DNA from: Planctomycetota bacterium
Lineage (GTDB): Bacteria; Planctomycetota; UBA8108; SXIK01
Assembly: GCA_965223265.1 (NCBI GenBank)
Contig: OZ244999.1
Coordinates: forward strand, 3,200,001 to 3,264,000
Length of the DNA: 64,000 bases
Reading direction: 5' to 3'
In this document: positions 19,101-28,500 of the stretch, piece after piece
How positions within the stretch are numbered: the first letter of the stretch is position 1
How the letters are laid out: every line of letters starts with the position of its first letter
Notes under the pieces: model-generated
The model's database searches: none
What the model saw: only the letters and a program-made list of their open reading frames with translations
What the model was told of the DNA's origin: nothing
Made by a program: the position numbers and the translations under genes

Positions 19101-20448
19101 TTGGATCCGTGCGGCGAATGTAGGCGCCCGGCGCCATGTGCTGATACTCGAGAGTGACGTTCGCGACACCTTGTCGGTCAGCGACCCGAGCCTCTATGCG
19201 CACGGCGTCTGTGGACAGGATCTCGTCACGATCGAGTTCGGCAGCGGGGCGTGCTTCGACGCCCGTGATCTGGGGGCCGACGTTGTCGCCAGCGGCTTCG
19301 AACGCAGCGGTCGCCGAGTTGAGGGCGCCGGCCGTGCCGTTGAAGTCGAAGCTCTCTCGCCATGCCTGGCCGCGATCGTTGTCGCTCAGCGGGTCGATGA
19401 GCTCGAGCGAGCCGCGCAGACCGTCCGGGTTGATTGGCCAGGGTGGTTGGTCGTTGAAATCGACGAAGTCAGCGACTCGCTCTTCGGCGTCGAACAGCAC
19501 GACGTCGCCGCCGCCGTTTGGCAGTTCGCCACTGTATGGTCCGACCGCATCGGCGTCGGCGCCGAAGCGCGCTCGAAAGGCTGATTCATCGTGGAAGACG
19601 ACTAAGTGTTCGCCCGCTGCGATCGACGTTCCCGCGGGAAAGGTGAATTGAATCTCGTCCCCAAGTCGCCAGCCAGAAAGATCGACGGCGGTGTCGCCGC
19701 GGTTGAAGAGCTCCAGGAACTCTTCATCCGGACAGTGGCGCAGTGTTCGCTCGTCAGGGTCTTTGACGGGGTGGTAGAGGATCTCGTTGATCACGACGGC
19801 GTGACGCGCGGGGATCTCACCGGCACGCGAGTTGGCGGCCCCCGGCGTACCCATGAGGTTGGACGCCACGCTGGCGGCGAAGTTTGAAAAGTCCGTGATG
19901 TCTTCGGTGGCTGAGATGCGTTCAAGCGTCGAACCTTCGGCGTCGGCTAGCGGATCCCACGGTAGATCATCGCCATACTCGAGGCGATCAACGAGCTCCC
20001 CGGCTGGGTTGAACAAACGGATGACGTCGCCGCCGTTACTGAGCGGGAACGAGACGTTTCCGATGACCGGGAGACCGCTCCCATAGCGTTCACGCATTGC
20101 CGCTGCGTTACGGGCTAACACCAAGAAGCCACCAGCGGGAAGAACGGTCCCCGAAGGAATGCCGAATTGGGGGTTCGAGCTGTCGTCGTCAAGGCTCCAG
20201 CCGCCGACGTCGACGGGAGAGTCAGTGCGGTTGAGGAGCTCGACGAACTCGAAGTCGTCGTCGGAGCCGAACTCACGTGGCGGATTATAATTTACTTCGT
20301 TGATGACGATCGGCCCGCCAGGAGCTAGATCTGTCGCGTACAACTTTTGGCCGCCGAGGGTGATGGCGACGACGGACGAGCAAAGCGCGATCAACGAGAG
20401 CGCGATGAAACCTGGTCGGTCGCCCGACCAATCTGTTGGTGTTCTCAT
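16123..20448 (-). CDS. Secreted lamin-tail domain x2 + CotH kinase + FN3 + dockerin-like protein
   Basis: VINEVNYNP and VINEILYHP (LTD). VRLRGS..KRSWKIKF, KNYFYY and LPWDLD (CotH). FN3-like GYRIFRDG. C-terminal RGDANGDG...DAADADDSG. Confidence 0.88.
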   Translation of the reverse strand: MRTPTDWSGDRPGFIALSLIALCSSVVAITLGGQKLYATDLAPGGPIVINEVNYNPPREFGSDDDFEFVELLNRTDSPVDVGGWSLDDDSSNPQFGIPSGTVLPAGGFLVLARNAAAMRERYGSGLPVIGNVSFPLSNGGDVIRLFNPAGELVDRLEYGDDLPWDPLADAEGSTLERISATEDITDFSNFAASVASNLMGTPGAANSRAGEIPARHAVVINEILYHPVKDPDERTLRHCPDEEFLELFNRGDTAVDLSGWRLGDEIQFTFPAGTSIAAGEHLVVFHDESAFRARFGADADAVGPYSGELPNGGGDVVLFDAEERVADFVDFNDQPPWPINPDGLRGSLELIDPLSDNDRGQAWRESFDFNGTAGALNSATAAFEAAGDNVGPQITGVEARPAAELDRDEILSTDAVRIEARVADRQGVANVTLEYQHMAPGAYIRRTDPTFETDWTSLPMSYDADLGKHVATVPAQPHRTLVRYRVRATDLATSALESVAPFANDPEPNFGYFVYDGIPDYVATNSAFGESGFTHTNLDKVPVYFIVGHPDDIEQVQFEVIPEDMFSLYRHRVTFVHEGRVYDHVGVRLRGSITSRFGSAKRSWKIKFNKGNRFRGRFNNGERYPNRRSKANIVRAENSGLVESLALKVYRDCGVMASQTTFVHLRIVDTPNETGQRDGDLFGLYLDLQGIDKVMLRDQGRPTDEASSIYKFRGFPDKQHSDCDPLDRSDVDSFLDVALSSSGDQAFFEQNLDIHRYLSFRTATELTNNNDMDSLKNYFYYFDSESAKWEVLPWDLDGAFSNTSGEEPLQRALRFFPIEFENRFRFLWQVAYGEDRLRQILSDWTSLIKEIADADVDRWGTRRVEENADMLVGESDALRRTLLPLFVDPTIPRTPVNTEPFTGAVQSPPIVLKTRAFVDPDAGDTHAASRWLLISASGDWVEPLWDFESDADLLSVTLPDDLMLEDGSYLFRAAHLDSSGRWSYLSDPTEFKIGPADTSGPASPSLVESSHVGFRSVVIRWSGSSDPDSGVLGYRIFRDGVLLTGDLIDGEEFVDVTVTPGAQHRYEVVAINGAGVASETAAELVVDVPAQNQLGGWLRPPEGFDYLYDASVGADQFSDARLNPVAPLLDGTWISSSLSTWDGSAPEEGSPGGVEVRVLSEMAEDNGPATVLSLEDPESPVDRELDNSRLIFLRPLGETNDFADGVTLVARLRVNPAAKGQEPGTPVRGQVGIAHRSSTARVHYALWLDEGQLHSSTRESVDVSMSEFQSMWITIEPAGDEHRVRLYLNGESEPRSDATLRLPSSGTETGFEGTYLEVGLANRTDFGAIDIDYVGFKRGVFAPVTATSNRGFIRGDANGDGSVTLDDALTVLNFLFRGTAGVACEDAADADDSGRLNVSDGIRVLLFLFRGASPLPAPYPNCGEDSSDDALMECPTAPCET

Positions 20449-20704
20449 GTTTCCTCGGCTGGCGATGTCATGAGCGTCGACGGTACGTCTTCGCAGAACT
20501 CCCGACGATTCCCGTCCCTTGCAGAGATTTTGACCCCCGAAGAAAGCAAGCTTAACCCGAAGACCGCTAACCTATCTACATTGCGTTAGTTGGCTGCGGT
20601 GGGGCGGCTGCTCGTCCACCCGCGCCACCGCCGCTTGAGTCCGCCCCTGAGAGCCTCTGAGGCGCGAGTTCGCTGAGTTCGCTGCGGCCCGGACGCAAGC
20701 CTAA

Positions 20705-20883
20705 CAGCCTGCCTGAAAAGTGCTTCGAGTCGAAAACTGGTCGCTTCGCGTCCAGATCGGTCGCGGCGAACGTAGGTAATCTCCGAGCCCTCTTTTATAA
20801 GATATACACGGCGAGGCACGCCGCGGTCGATCTGGGCGTGAAGAGGCCAGTTTCTCGGCCGAAGGACTTTTTCAGGCGGGCTG
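20705..20883 (-). mobile_element. MITE, subfamily A, inverted orientation, CTAA duplication
   Basis: Reverse-complement homolog of 11053-11232, with CTAA on both flanks. Confidence 0.88.
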
Positions 20884-21199
20884 CTAAGCTAAGCTAACAC
20901 TCATATGCATGAGAGCGGCCAGCATTCAGAGCCCGAACGTGGCGCAAATGAGTGCCAACTCGGCTCTTCGACGCATAACGGAAACTCGTCGAGGCACCTA
21001 CATCGCGGATTTTTTCGGGCTCACTTTCCCGAACCGACTGTCGTCCACCCGCGATGCGGTCGAAAGCCGCGACGGGACACCGTGCGGTCGGTGCGGCGGT
21101 TTGTCACGGCGGCGTGGTGTGACGACTCGGGACGCCGTGAAGCCGGGCCGAGGTCCGAACCGGCGTCAAGGCGTCCCGGAGTTGCGATCGACTAGTTTC

Positions 21200-22405
21200 C
21201 TAACGCGTGGACAAGTAGACTTGGCCGCGGATCTCGCCGCCAGGGAAGTCGTCCGTGTGAAGATTGATGTAGATCCCGCCGCCGACGGTTTCCGCAACGA
21301 GGGCGGCGAACGGATCGTCGGTTTCGCCGAGCGGTCCAACGACGTTGTCGCTGCCAACGCGGGCGAGTATGACCCCGCCACCGTGCGCGTCTTGGACCAC
21401 TCGGCCGTTCGCGACGAGGTCAACGACGACCGGTCCGTTCTGGCCTGCTGGTCCGACGTGCAGGTGTGCTGCTGCTAGCGGGCCGCTCAGGCCGCGGAAG
21501 CGAACGAGCACCGCGAGTTTCTTGCCGCCTCGGGAGAGCAGCAGAAGCGATCGACCGCTGCCCGAAGAGTCGACAGGTGGATCCTGGACTTCCTGTCCCG
21601 GGTCGAGGCGCGAGTGGCCGAGGTGTGGGCGTGCGAGGTCCAGCAGCGTCAGGCGGACGCCGAGCATCTCGTAGTCCGGCGCCAGGAAGTTGGCGCCTGC
21701 GAACATTGGGTCGTCCAGAATCCCGCCTGAGCCGGGAGCAAGAAAACCAGGATGGGCAGATACAGGCTCGGCCGTCGTCACCCCCGTGTCGGGTGTCGCC
21801 TGGCCGAAAAACGCGGTGCTTTCTGCGGCTTCGTCATTGAGCTCGGTGCCTGCGTCGTTCACCGCGCTGCCGGGGACCACGAACGGCTCGGCAACGAAAC
21901 GCCCATCGCCGTCGAAGACAGGGTGCGCCGTTGGGCCGCCGTTGGCGATGAAAGCATCGTTACTTGGAATGACCATGCTGACGTAGCTGAAGTACCGATG
22001 CTCCGCCGGGTTGACCTCGAACATCCGGCTGACGACTTGCCCGGGTGCGAGCGGGGGGATGGGGCCGTTCGATGCGATCACGCCCTGGGCGCCGGCCGGA
22101 GCTACAGTTGAGAAGTCGGCGCTGATGGGACCCGGGTTGCCGTCCTCAGCGATCCGCTCGAGCGCTGTAGAGCCGGCGATCGGCAGCGTATTCGCAAGTG
22201 CGCCGCCGTCGTAGGAGTCGAACGATCCGGAGTGAAACCCGACCCAGACAGGGGTCTGAAACGTACCACTGGCCGGGGCGCGATTCTCTAGCGTCACCAC
22301 CACCGCGGGACGGCTCCGAGACAATTGGTGGTGCCTCATTTCCGGTTCGGCGTGAACCATTGGCGTGAAACCAATCGCGGCGGCGAGAAGGAATCCAGAG
22401 CGCAT
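21200..22405 (-). CDS. Secreted spondin_N + CHRD domain protein
   Basis: Signal peptide. TPVWVGFH, LERIAEDG, SMVIPSNDAFIA and DAGTELNDE (spondin). AAHLHVGPAGQNGPVV and YINLHT..FPGGEIRGQ (CHRD). GGAGG RBS. Confidence 0.88.
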   Translation of the reverse strand: MRSGFLLAAAIGFTPMVHAEPEMRHHQLSRSRPAVVVTLENRAPASGTFQTPVWVGFHSGSFDSYDGGALANTLPIAGSTALERIAEDGNPGPISADFSTVAPAGAQGVIASNGPIPPLAPGQVVSRMFEVNPAEHRYFSYVSMVIPSNDAFIANGGPTAHPVFDGDGRFVAEPFVVPGSAVNDAGTELNDEAAESTAFFGQATPDTGVTTAEPVSAHPGFLAPGSGGILDDPMFAGANFLAPDYEMLGVRLTLLDLARPHLGHSRLDPGQEVQDPPVDSSGSGRSLLLLSRGGKKLAVLVRFRGLSGPLAAAHLHVGPAGQNGPVVVDLVANGRVVQDAHGGGVILARVGSDNVVGPLGETDDPFAALVAETVGGGIYINLHTDDFPGGEIRGQVYLSTR

Positions 22406-22437
22406 GGTGGGACCTCCTAAGGCTGAATTTCGACTAA

Positions 22438-22480
22438 CAACCCGTTGAAACCGTCAATCGATTCACTTTTCAACCGGCTG
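22438..22480. mobile_element. 43-bp minimal MITE derivative (two TIRs only), CTAA duplication
   Basis: CTAA-CAACCCGTTGAAA...TTTTCAACCGGCTG-CTAA. Confidence 0.65.
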
Positions 22481-22557
22481 CTAACGCCGCGAGTTGGCTG
22501 AGCCCGCATCGAACTTCGAGGCACCGCTGCTCGCCGATTCATACGCCGCGACGTTTT

Positions 22558-22597
22558 CGTGGTAACATTTGCCGGAGACCCTCGCGTGGTTACATTT
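22558..22597. promoter_or_regulatory. Direct repeat CGTGGTWACATTT x2, candidate ECF (GTAAC-type -35) promoter elements
   Basis: Copies at 22558-22570 and 22585-22597 give GTAAC on both strands in the divergent region between the spondin gene and the ECF sigma gene. Confidence 0.5.
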
Positions 22598-22624
22598 TTC
22601 CTCAAAAAAACTTCGAAGGCTGAG

Positions 22625-23251
22625 ATGCTTGAGCGACTCTTCGGTCTGTCGGTACGCCTGCAGCGTGGTCGAGCTGATGGTGCTCGGCATGCATCCGACG
22701 ACGAAGCCGCGTTGCGGGGGATGATGGCTGGCTATCTGGCCGGCGACGCGTCGGCGTTCGAGGCGCTCTATGCACGGTTGGAGCCGGAGATGCGTTTTTA
22801 CTTGTCAGCGCTCGCGCGCGGAGCGGCGCCGATCGAGGATCTCATGCAGGAAGTTTTCTTGCAGTTGCATCGCTCAAGGCATACATACTCCTCGACACGT
22901 CCACTGCGGCCGTGGCTCTTTGCGATCGCCCGTCATGTGTTTAAGATGTGGTTACGAACGTCATCGCGACGGTTAACGCGGGAGAAACGCTACGTCGCTA
23001 CGCGAGCTCAAGAGGTGAGCGAAGACCGGTCGTTAGAGCACCACGAACTGGTGGTGCGTGCGATCGACCTGCTCTCACCGAAGCAGCGTGAGCCGGTTTT
23101 CTTGCACCACGTCCTTGGTTTGACGTTCTCCGAGATCGGCGCTCTTCTCGGAATTCGCGCTGTAACAGCCAAGGTCCGCGCGCACCGAGGACTAACGTAC
23201 TTGCGTCGCCATGCTGAAAACGTCCTGGAGGTCGACGGAACGAAGCCGTGA
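22625..23251 (+). CDS. ECF sigma-70 factor (SigF/ECF16-like)
   Basis: GDASAFEALY, EDLMQEVFLQLHRSRHTY, PWLFAIARH and region 4 AKVRAHRG. Overlaps the downstream anti-sigma gene. Confidence 0.9.
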   Translation: MLERLFGLSVRLQRGRADGARHASDDEAALRGMMAGYLAGDASAFEALYARLEPEMRFYLSALARGAAPIEDLMQEVFLQLHRSRHTYSSTRPLRPWLFAIARHVFKMWLRTSSRRLTREKRYVATRAQEVSEDRSLEHHELVVRAIDLLSPKQREPVFLHHVLGLTFSEIGALLGIRAVTAKVRAHRGLTYLRRHAENVLEVDGTKP

Positions 23252-23928
23252 ATGTAGAGAGCCACATCAAAGCACGTATCCTAGGCGACCTGACTCCCGT
23301 CGAGCCGCTAGCACCGAGCTGGCGGCGAACGCTCTTCCTGGTGCCGTGGATTGGGTTCGTGGCACTGGTGATCGCGGCGGCAGGGATGCGGCCAGACATG
23401 GAGGCGCTTGGAGTTGGATGGTCGTGGGGCGCGTCCGGGCTCTTCGTCGCTTTTGGGACGATACTCTTCTTTGTGGCGATCCGAGAGACCGTTCCCGGCG
23501 CAGGTTTTTCCACCACGACTGTTTGGTCGGCGATGGCTCTCTTGCTCGGAGCGCAAACCGTCGTTGCCGCTGCGCTGCATCACGATCACCCGGCATCGAT
23601 TCCCGCAGGCGAGGAATTGAAGATGGCCGGTGCTTGCCTTGGCGCGATCGGCTTGCTCGCGCTGCCGGCACTGACGTTAGGCTGCTTCTTGGCTCAGCGT
23701 GCTCTGCCCTCGCGGCCAGCGCTCTGCGGTGTCGTGTTTGGCGTGAGTGTTGTCGCGATCGTGGAGGGGTGTTGGCGACTTCACTGTCCTTTCACCGACC
23801 CTGGGCACCTGGTCGTGGCTCACGCGGGAGTGTACGGGCTTGGGCTTCTCGGGGCTGCGGTTCTCTCCTCGGGCGCGAACCGCCGCTACCGTCGCCTGCA
23901 CACCGAGACGCGGCTGCGTTCTGATTGA
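23248..23928 (+). CDS. NrsF/DUF1109-like membrane anti-sigma factor
   Basis: DLTPVEPL N-terminus, about 6 TM helices, GAC and LHCP...H motifs, GTGA overlap with the sigma gene. Confidence 0.8.
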   Translation: MNVESHIKARILGDLTPVEPLAPSWRRTLFLVPWIGFVALVIAAAGMRPDMEALGVGWSWGASGLFVAFGTILFFVAIRETVPGAGFSTTTVWSAMALLLGAQTVVAAALHHDHPASIPAGEELKMAGACLGAIGLLALPALTLGCFLAQRALPSRPALCGVVFGVSVVAIVEGCWRLHCPFTDPGHLVVAHAGVYGLGLLGAAVLSSGANRRYRRLHTETRLRSD

Positions 23929-24200
23929 TCGCACGCCTTTGAGGTGTCGGCCACGTGACTCGACACGCTCCGGGAAAACGCCGAGCCCGTGGAGCGACCA
24001 CAGGACCCAATACACCACCCCGCTACCGATTGGTGATTCGGCAGTTGATGAGAAAAACAGGATCGCCGCGTCTCTGCGCCGCGCACGAGTTTCGCCAGAA
24101 GCCGAGTCGTCGTCCGCGGACTTCGCCCGGCAAACGCGATCGTCTTGCGGCAGAAACTCATGTGCACGCGAGAAAGAGCGCCGAGGGATCTTCCCCTTCT

Positions 24201-24500
24201 CTAGTAGCGACCTCCGCCGCCGCCTGGCCGGCCTCCGCCGCCTCCGCCGCCGCGCCGATCGCCGCGGTCCTGCGCCTCGTTGACGCGCAGATTGCGTCCG
24301 CCGAACTCGTAACCGTCAAGAGCGTTCTTAGCCTCGTCGGCACTCTCCATTTCGACGAAACCGAATCCCCGCGGTCTCCCTGTCTCGCGATCCGAGATCA
24401 GTCGAACAGAGTGGACCTCGCCGTACTGCGCGAAAAGATCGCGCACTTCGTCTTCGGTGGCGCTGAAGGGTAGATTCCCGACATAAAGCTTCTGAGCCAT
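24201..24500 (-). CDS. RRM RNA-binding protein with Gly-rich tail
   Basis: KLYVGNL (RNP2), RGFGFVEM (RNP1), GGGGGGGRPGGGGGRY. Confidence 0.95.
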   Translation of the reverse strand: MAQKLYVGNLPFSATEDEVRDLFAQYGEVHSVRLISDRETGRPRGFGFVEMESADEAKNALDGYEFGGRNLRVNEAQDRGDRRGGGGGGGRPGGGGGRY

Positions 24501-25203
24501 GGAACTGGGCTCCGCAAAAAAAGAAACAGAAAAAATGGAAGAAGGCATGGCTCGAATCCTTGCGCGTGGGGAAACTGCATCCCCTGCATCAGAAACGGGC
24601 CTGGTGCCGAATCGATCAACTTTTTGACTCTGCGACGAGGTCGCGCTGCCGACGTTTGCCGACCAGCTGCCGGACTCGTGCTTCCGGCGCTCGCGCTGAA
24701 GTCGATTGCTGCCGGGGGCCTACCGCCTCAAAAAGTCAGATCGAAGATCAACGAACGGTTTCGTCGACGCGACTCGGCGCACGCCTCCGCGCCTCTGTCT
24801 CGATCCAGCCTCTTGAAGAAAGACCCTCTTCAGGGCGTTTTCAGCGACCGGTCGCGAGAGAGGTCCACAGAAGGTTCGCCGCCGACGCGAAACTCGTTCC
24901 ATTGCGTGCTGCGACGCGCTTTCAAAGCGGGTCAGGACCCGCGAACAGCTTTATCGGGTCAGTATTTAGCTATTTCTCAGCTTTTCGGTCTAGGGTGCGG
25001 TTCATCCGCACGCCGCTCGAGCTGTCTTTGGGGCAGTTGCGTCCTCCAAGACAGTCGGTACCTTCAGGGGCCGTCTTCGCTCCGACCGGTCGTCGCCCCC
25101 ACGGTCGCCGGGTCGGATTTCACTGTTCCACGAGTTTGCCGCGAACTTTGGCGAAGAGGAGAAACCCCCGGTCGTTACCAGGGGGTTCGCTCGATCGAAA
25201 TTC

Positions 25204-25279
25204 TGGCTCCCCAGCTTGGACTCGAACCAAGAACCAAGTGGTTAACAGCCACCTACTCTACCAATTGAGCTACTGGGGA
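25204..25279 (-). tRNA. tRNA-Asn (GTT)
   Basis: TCCCCAGTAGCTCAATTGGTAGAGTAGGTGGCTGTTAACCACTTGGTTCTTGGTTCGAGTCCAAGCTGGGGAGCCA: 76 nt, cloverleaf fold, encoded CCA. Confidence 0.97.
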
Positions 25280-25305
25280 TCGGTTTACTCGTACAAACAC
25301 TAAAA

Positions 25306-25333
25306 AATATACGGCTGGCGCTGCCGCTGTCAA
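25306..25333 (-). promoter_or_regulatory. Sigma-70 promoter of tRNA-Asn
   Basis: TTGACA-16bp-TATATT on the minus strand just upstream of the tRNA. Confidence 0.7.
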
Positions 25334-25597
25334 GCGAGTCGCCGTCCGAATCCGGCTCGAATCCGCGCCTGCGGGACTCTAGTTGTCATAGCGGCGAGCG
25401 GCGCGATCTCAAAACCAGCTCGAGACTTCCCACCTCGCCTGGGGTTTCATCGACAGACCGTTTGAGAACGTCTTTGAGCGGAAAACTGACGGTGCGGACG
25501 GACCGGACAGCTCGCGCGGGCGGAATCGACAAACGGAAACTGAACCGGGAAGAAACTGGCCGAGTATTGATCTATCGGCAGGACACGGTGTTTGGTC

Positions 25598-28500
25598 ATG
25601 CGAAAAGTCGGGATTGCTGTCGGGATCAGCCTGGCGCTCGTCGCCACTGTCGTTTTGTGGTTGGGCTTCTTAGACCCCCAGAGACCTGAACCGCTCGGGA
25701 CGAATGAGCTGCGCCCCGCGGTGTCAGACGAAGACGCTCTGGGCACGGCTCGTGATGCTGGATCGGGCCGCGGCGCGGACGCCACTGAGGCGGAAAGCCA
25801 GCGCGGCATGGGCGACACGAACCGGCTGTTTGGACGTGTCGTCGATGCGTTTGACGCCGCGTTGCCGCAGGCGACGGTGTACGTGCGCCGCGAACCGATT
25901 CGGTTTGACCCAAGTGACGGCTCGTTCGTCGACCGGCTACGAGACCGTCTGCTGAGGCGCGCGCAGGTAACGACGACGGATACAGTTCTAGCGAGTGCGG
26001 AAACCGACTCGAACGGACTCTACTCGATCAACGTCGGTTTGTTTCGCACCGGCGGCTACATCGTGTACGCCCGCCACGACGCGCACGCACCTGAAGCTAA
26101 GCTATGGGAGAAGAGAGCCGACGGCGACGCGGAGTTGAACTTTCGACTCATCGAAGGGCAGAGCATTGCTGGCTACGTCACCGACCGCAGCGGCGTGCCG
26201 ATTGCCGGTGCCGAAGTCGCGGCGCTTGAGCCACGAACTCGCGGCTTTGGGCCCAGGCAGCGCCGATGGGTCGATCGCGCGGTCACGACTTCGAGTGGTT
26301 CGTTTGTGTTGACCGTGCCATCCGGAGTCTTTCATGTGCGTGCCTCAGCTATCGGCTACCGACGTATCGCGGTGGACGACGTGCAGGCCGGCACGGAGGA
26401 TTTGGGGATGACTCTGCCGCCAGCAGGCGGGGTCACGGGGCGTGTCGTGAATACAGCCGGAGAACTACTGAGTGGGGTGGAAGTCGCTCTCGAGGAAAGA
26501 AGCCGAGGGCGGTTCGGCCGGCGTCGTCCGCGGCCGATGAGAGGGGCACCGGCAGCGCGAACTTCGACCGACGAGCAAGGCCGTTTCGCGTTTGATGAGA
26601 TACCCACGCGCTCTTTCTCGTTGTCTTTCGTCAAACCAGGATACGTGACGCGATCTTGGGAGCCGCGGCGCGAAGACGTGCGACGACGCGGCGCGGGTGG
26701 CGACAGTGAGCTTGGTGAGGATATAGACGAGGTGCCCGGTGTATCTGAGACGAACCCTCTCGAAGTCGTTCTGGAGACGGCGGCGCCCCTGAGCGGCGAG
26801 GTGCGTGACGCGTTCGGCGATCCAGTCGTTGGGGCTTTCGTTGCGGTCGCGCGCAGCGGGGGCGATGGCGACGGCCCATGGTCGCGAGGCCGCCGAGGGC
26901 GCGACCGTGGCGAGGGCCGCGGCCGGGCCAACCGTCAGCGCGCCGAGAGTGAGGATGAAGAGGGGGCATCGGCGGAGCGAGGCGTGGAGCCGGTGTCGCT
27001 TTTTCGAGCGCTCACCGCGGTCGAGACGAACGCGAACGGTCGCTATCACTTTGATTCGCTGGCGCCGGGTGTCTATGACCTAAGCGTCGATTCGCCTCGC
27101 CATCCGGTGCGGCGAGTCAGCGATCTCGAGCTGGAGAGTGACGGCGCCGAGGTCGACATCGAACTTCCTCAGGGGATCACACTCGAGGGTTCCATCACTT
27201 CTGTTGAAGGTAACGAGCCAGTCGCCGCGGCCGAGATCTCGCTTCGCGTCAGCCGTCGACTTCAGCGCCGTGCCCGCACCGACGACAGCGGGAGATTCGA
27301 GATTGCAGGACTGGTCGCCGGTTCACTCGACGAGGTGGTCGTGCGTGCGTCGGGATTCAGTACCGCTGCGTTTTCGGATGTCACCATTGCGGACGATCGC
27401 GAGAGTCAGACGCTCGATCTGGTGATGGAACCCGCGGCGACCGTCGCTGGGCGTGTCGTGGACGCGGCAGGCGAGGGAGTTTTCCGTGCCGAAGTGACCA
27501 TGCTACCGGTCGTTGAAACCGATTTCGGCGGCTGGGATGGTGTACGGCAGACGTTCCGACGCTCTCAACGCCATCGTGAAACGACCCGTACTGATTCTCA
27601 GGGAGCATTTCATTTCGCTGAGATTGATTCAGGGCTCGGTTTTCGTCTCCAGGTGACGCACCCGGACTATCAGAGTTACGTATCGGAAGACTTCGACGTG
27701 GCGTCAGGCTCTGAAGCGACGGGGATCGAGCTTGTGTTGGCGCGCGGAGGAGAAGTGGTTTTCTTCGTCACGGATCCTGACTCAACACCTGTTGCGGGTG
27801 CGCGCGTCAGGTTCGAACTGCAACAGCAAGACGAACTCGTCGTCGACAACAGTGTCGAGGAGAGCGGCGGAGCGCGACGATCTCGAGAGCGACCCGGGCG
27901 AGACCGCGGCGAGCGCCGCAGGCGATTTGAGCGTGCGTTTCGAGAGTTTACAGGCGAGGCCGATCCGCTCCCGAGCTTTCGCCGTAGCAGCGGTCCCGAC
28001 GGCACCGTACGCTTCGCGGGACTGGCGGCCGGGGATTACGTTTATTCGATCAGCCACCGGGGGTTTCAATCGATTGCGGGCGTGGCGACGGTAGCAGAGG
28101 AGAGCGAGCAGTCGGTCGTCGCAGTCTTACCGTTCGAGCACCTGATCACAGGTGTGGTGGTGGATGGAAGCGGTCAACCGGTGGGTGGCGCGGAGGTTCG
28201 TGCTCGACCCGTCTCGGTCGACAGCTCTTCTCTGAACATCGCGTTGATTCCAGACCGGCGTCAGCTCGAGGGATCGGCGCGCTCGAAAGAAGATGGCACC
28301 TTTCGCATCGGTCAGCTAGCACCCGGTACGTACGAACTGCGCGTCCGGGCCCGCGGCTTCGTAGAGCTCGTAGTGGGGCAGGTGACCACGGACACGTCGC
28401 TTGAGATCGTCCTCGAGCGCTACGGTTCGGTGAGCGGGCAGGTGTTCAGTGGTGGCTCGGGTCTACCGCTGCAGAGATTTCGCGCCCGCCTCGCGGCTGT

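Noticed and set aside
24560-25303. 247-aa and 214-aa plus-strand ORFs
   Set aside because: They overlap the tRNA antisense and have a low-information, Arg/Ser-rich composition
25204-25600. Genomic island or prophage at tRNA-Asn
   Set aside because: No integrase, and I saw no duplicated tRNA 3' end or phage genes
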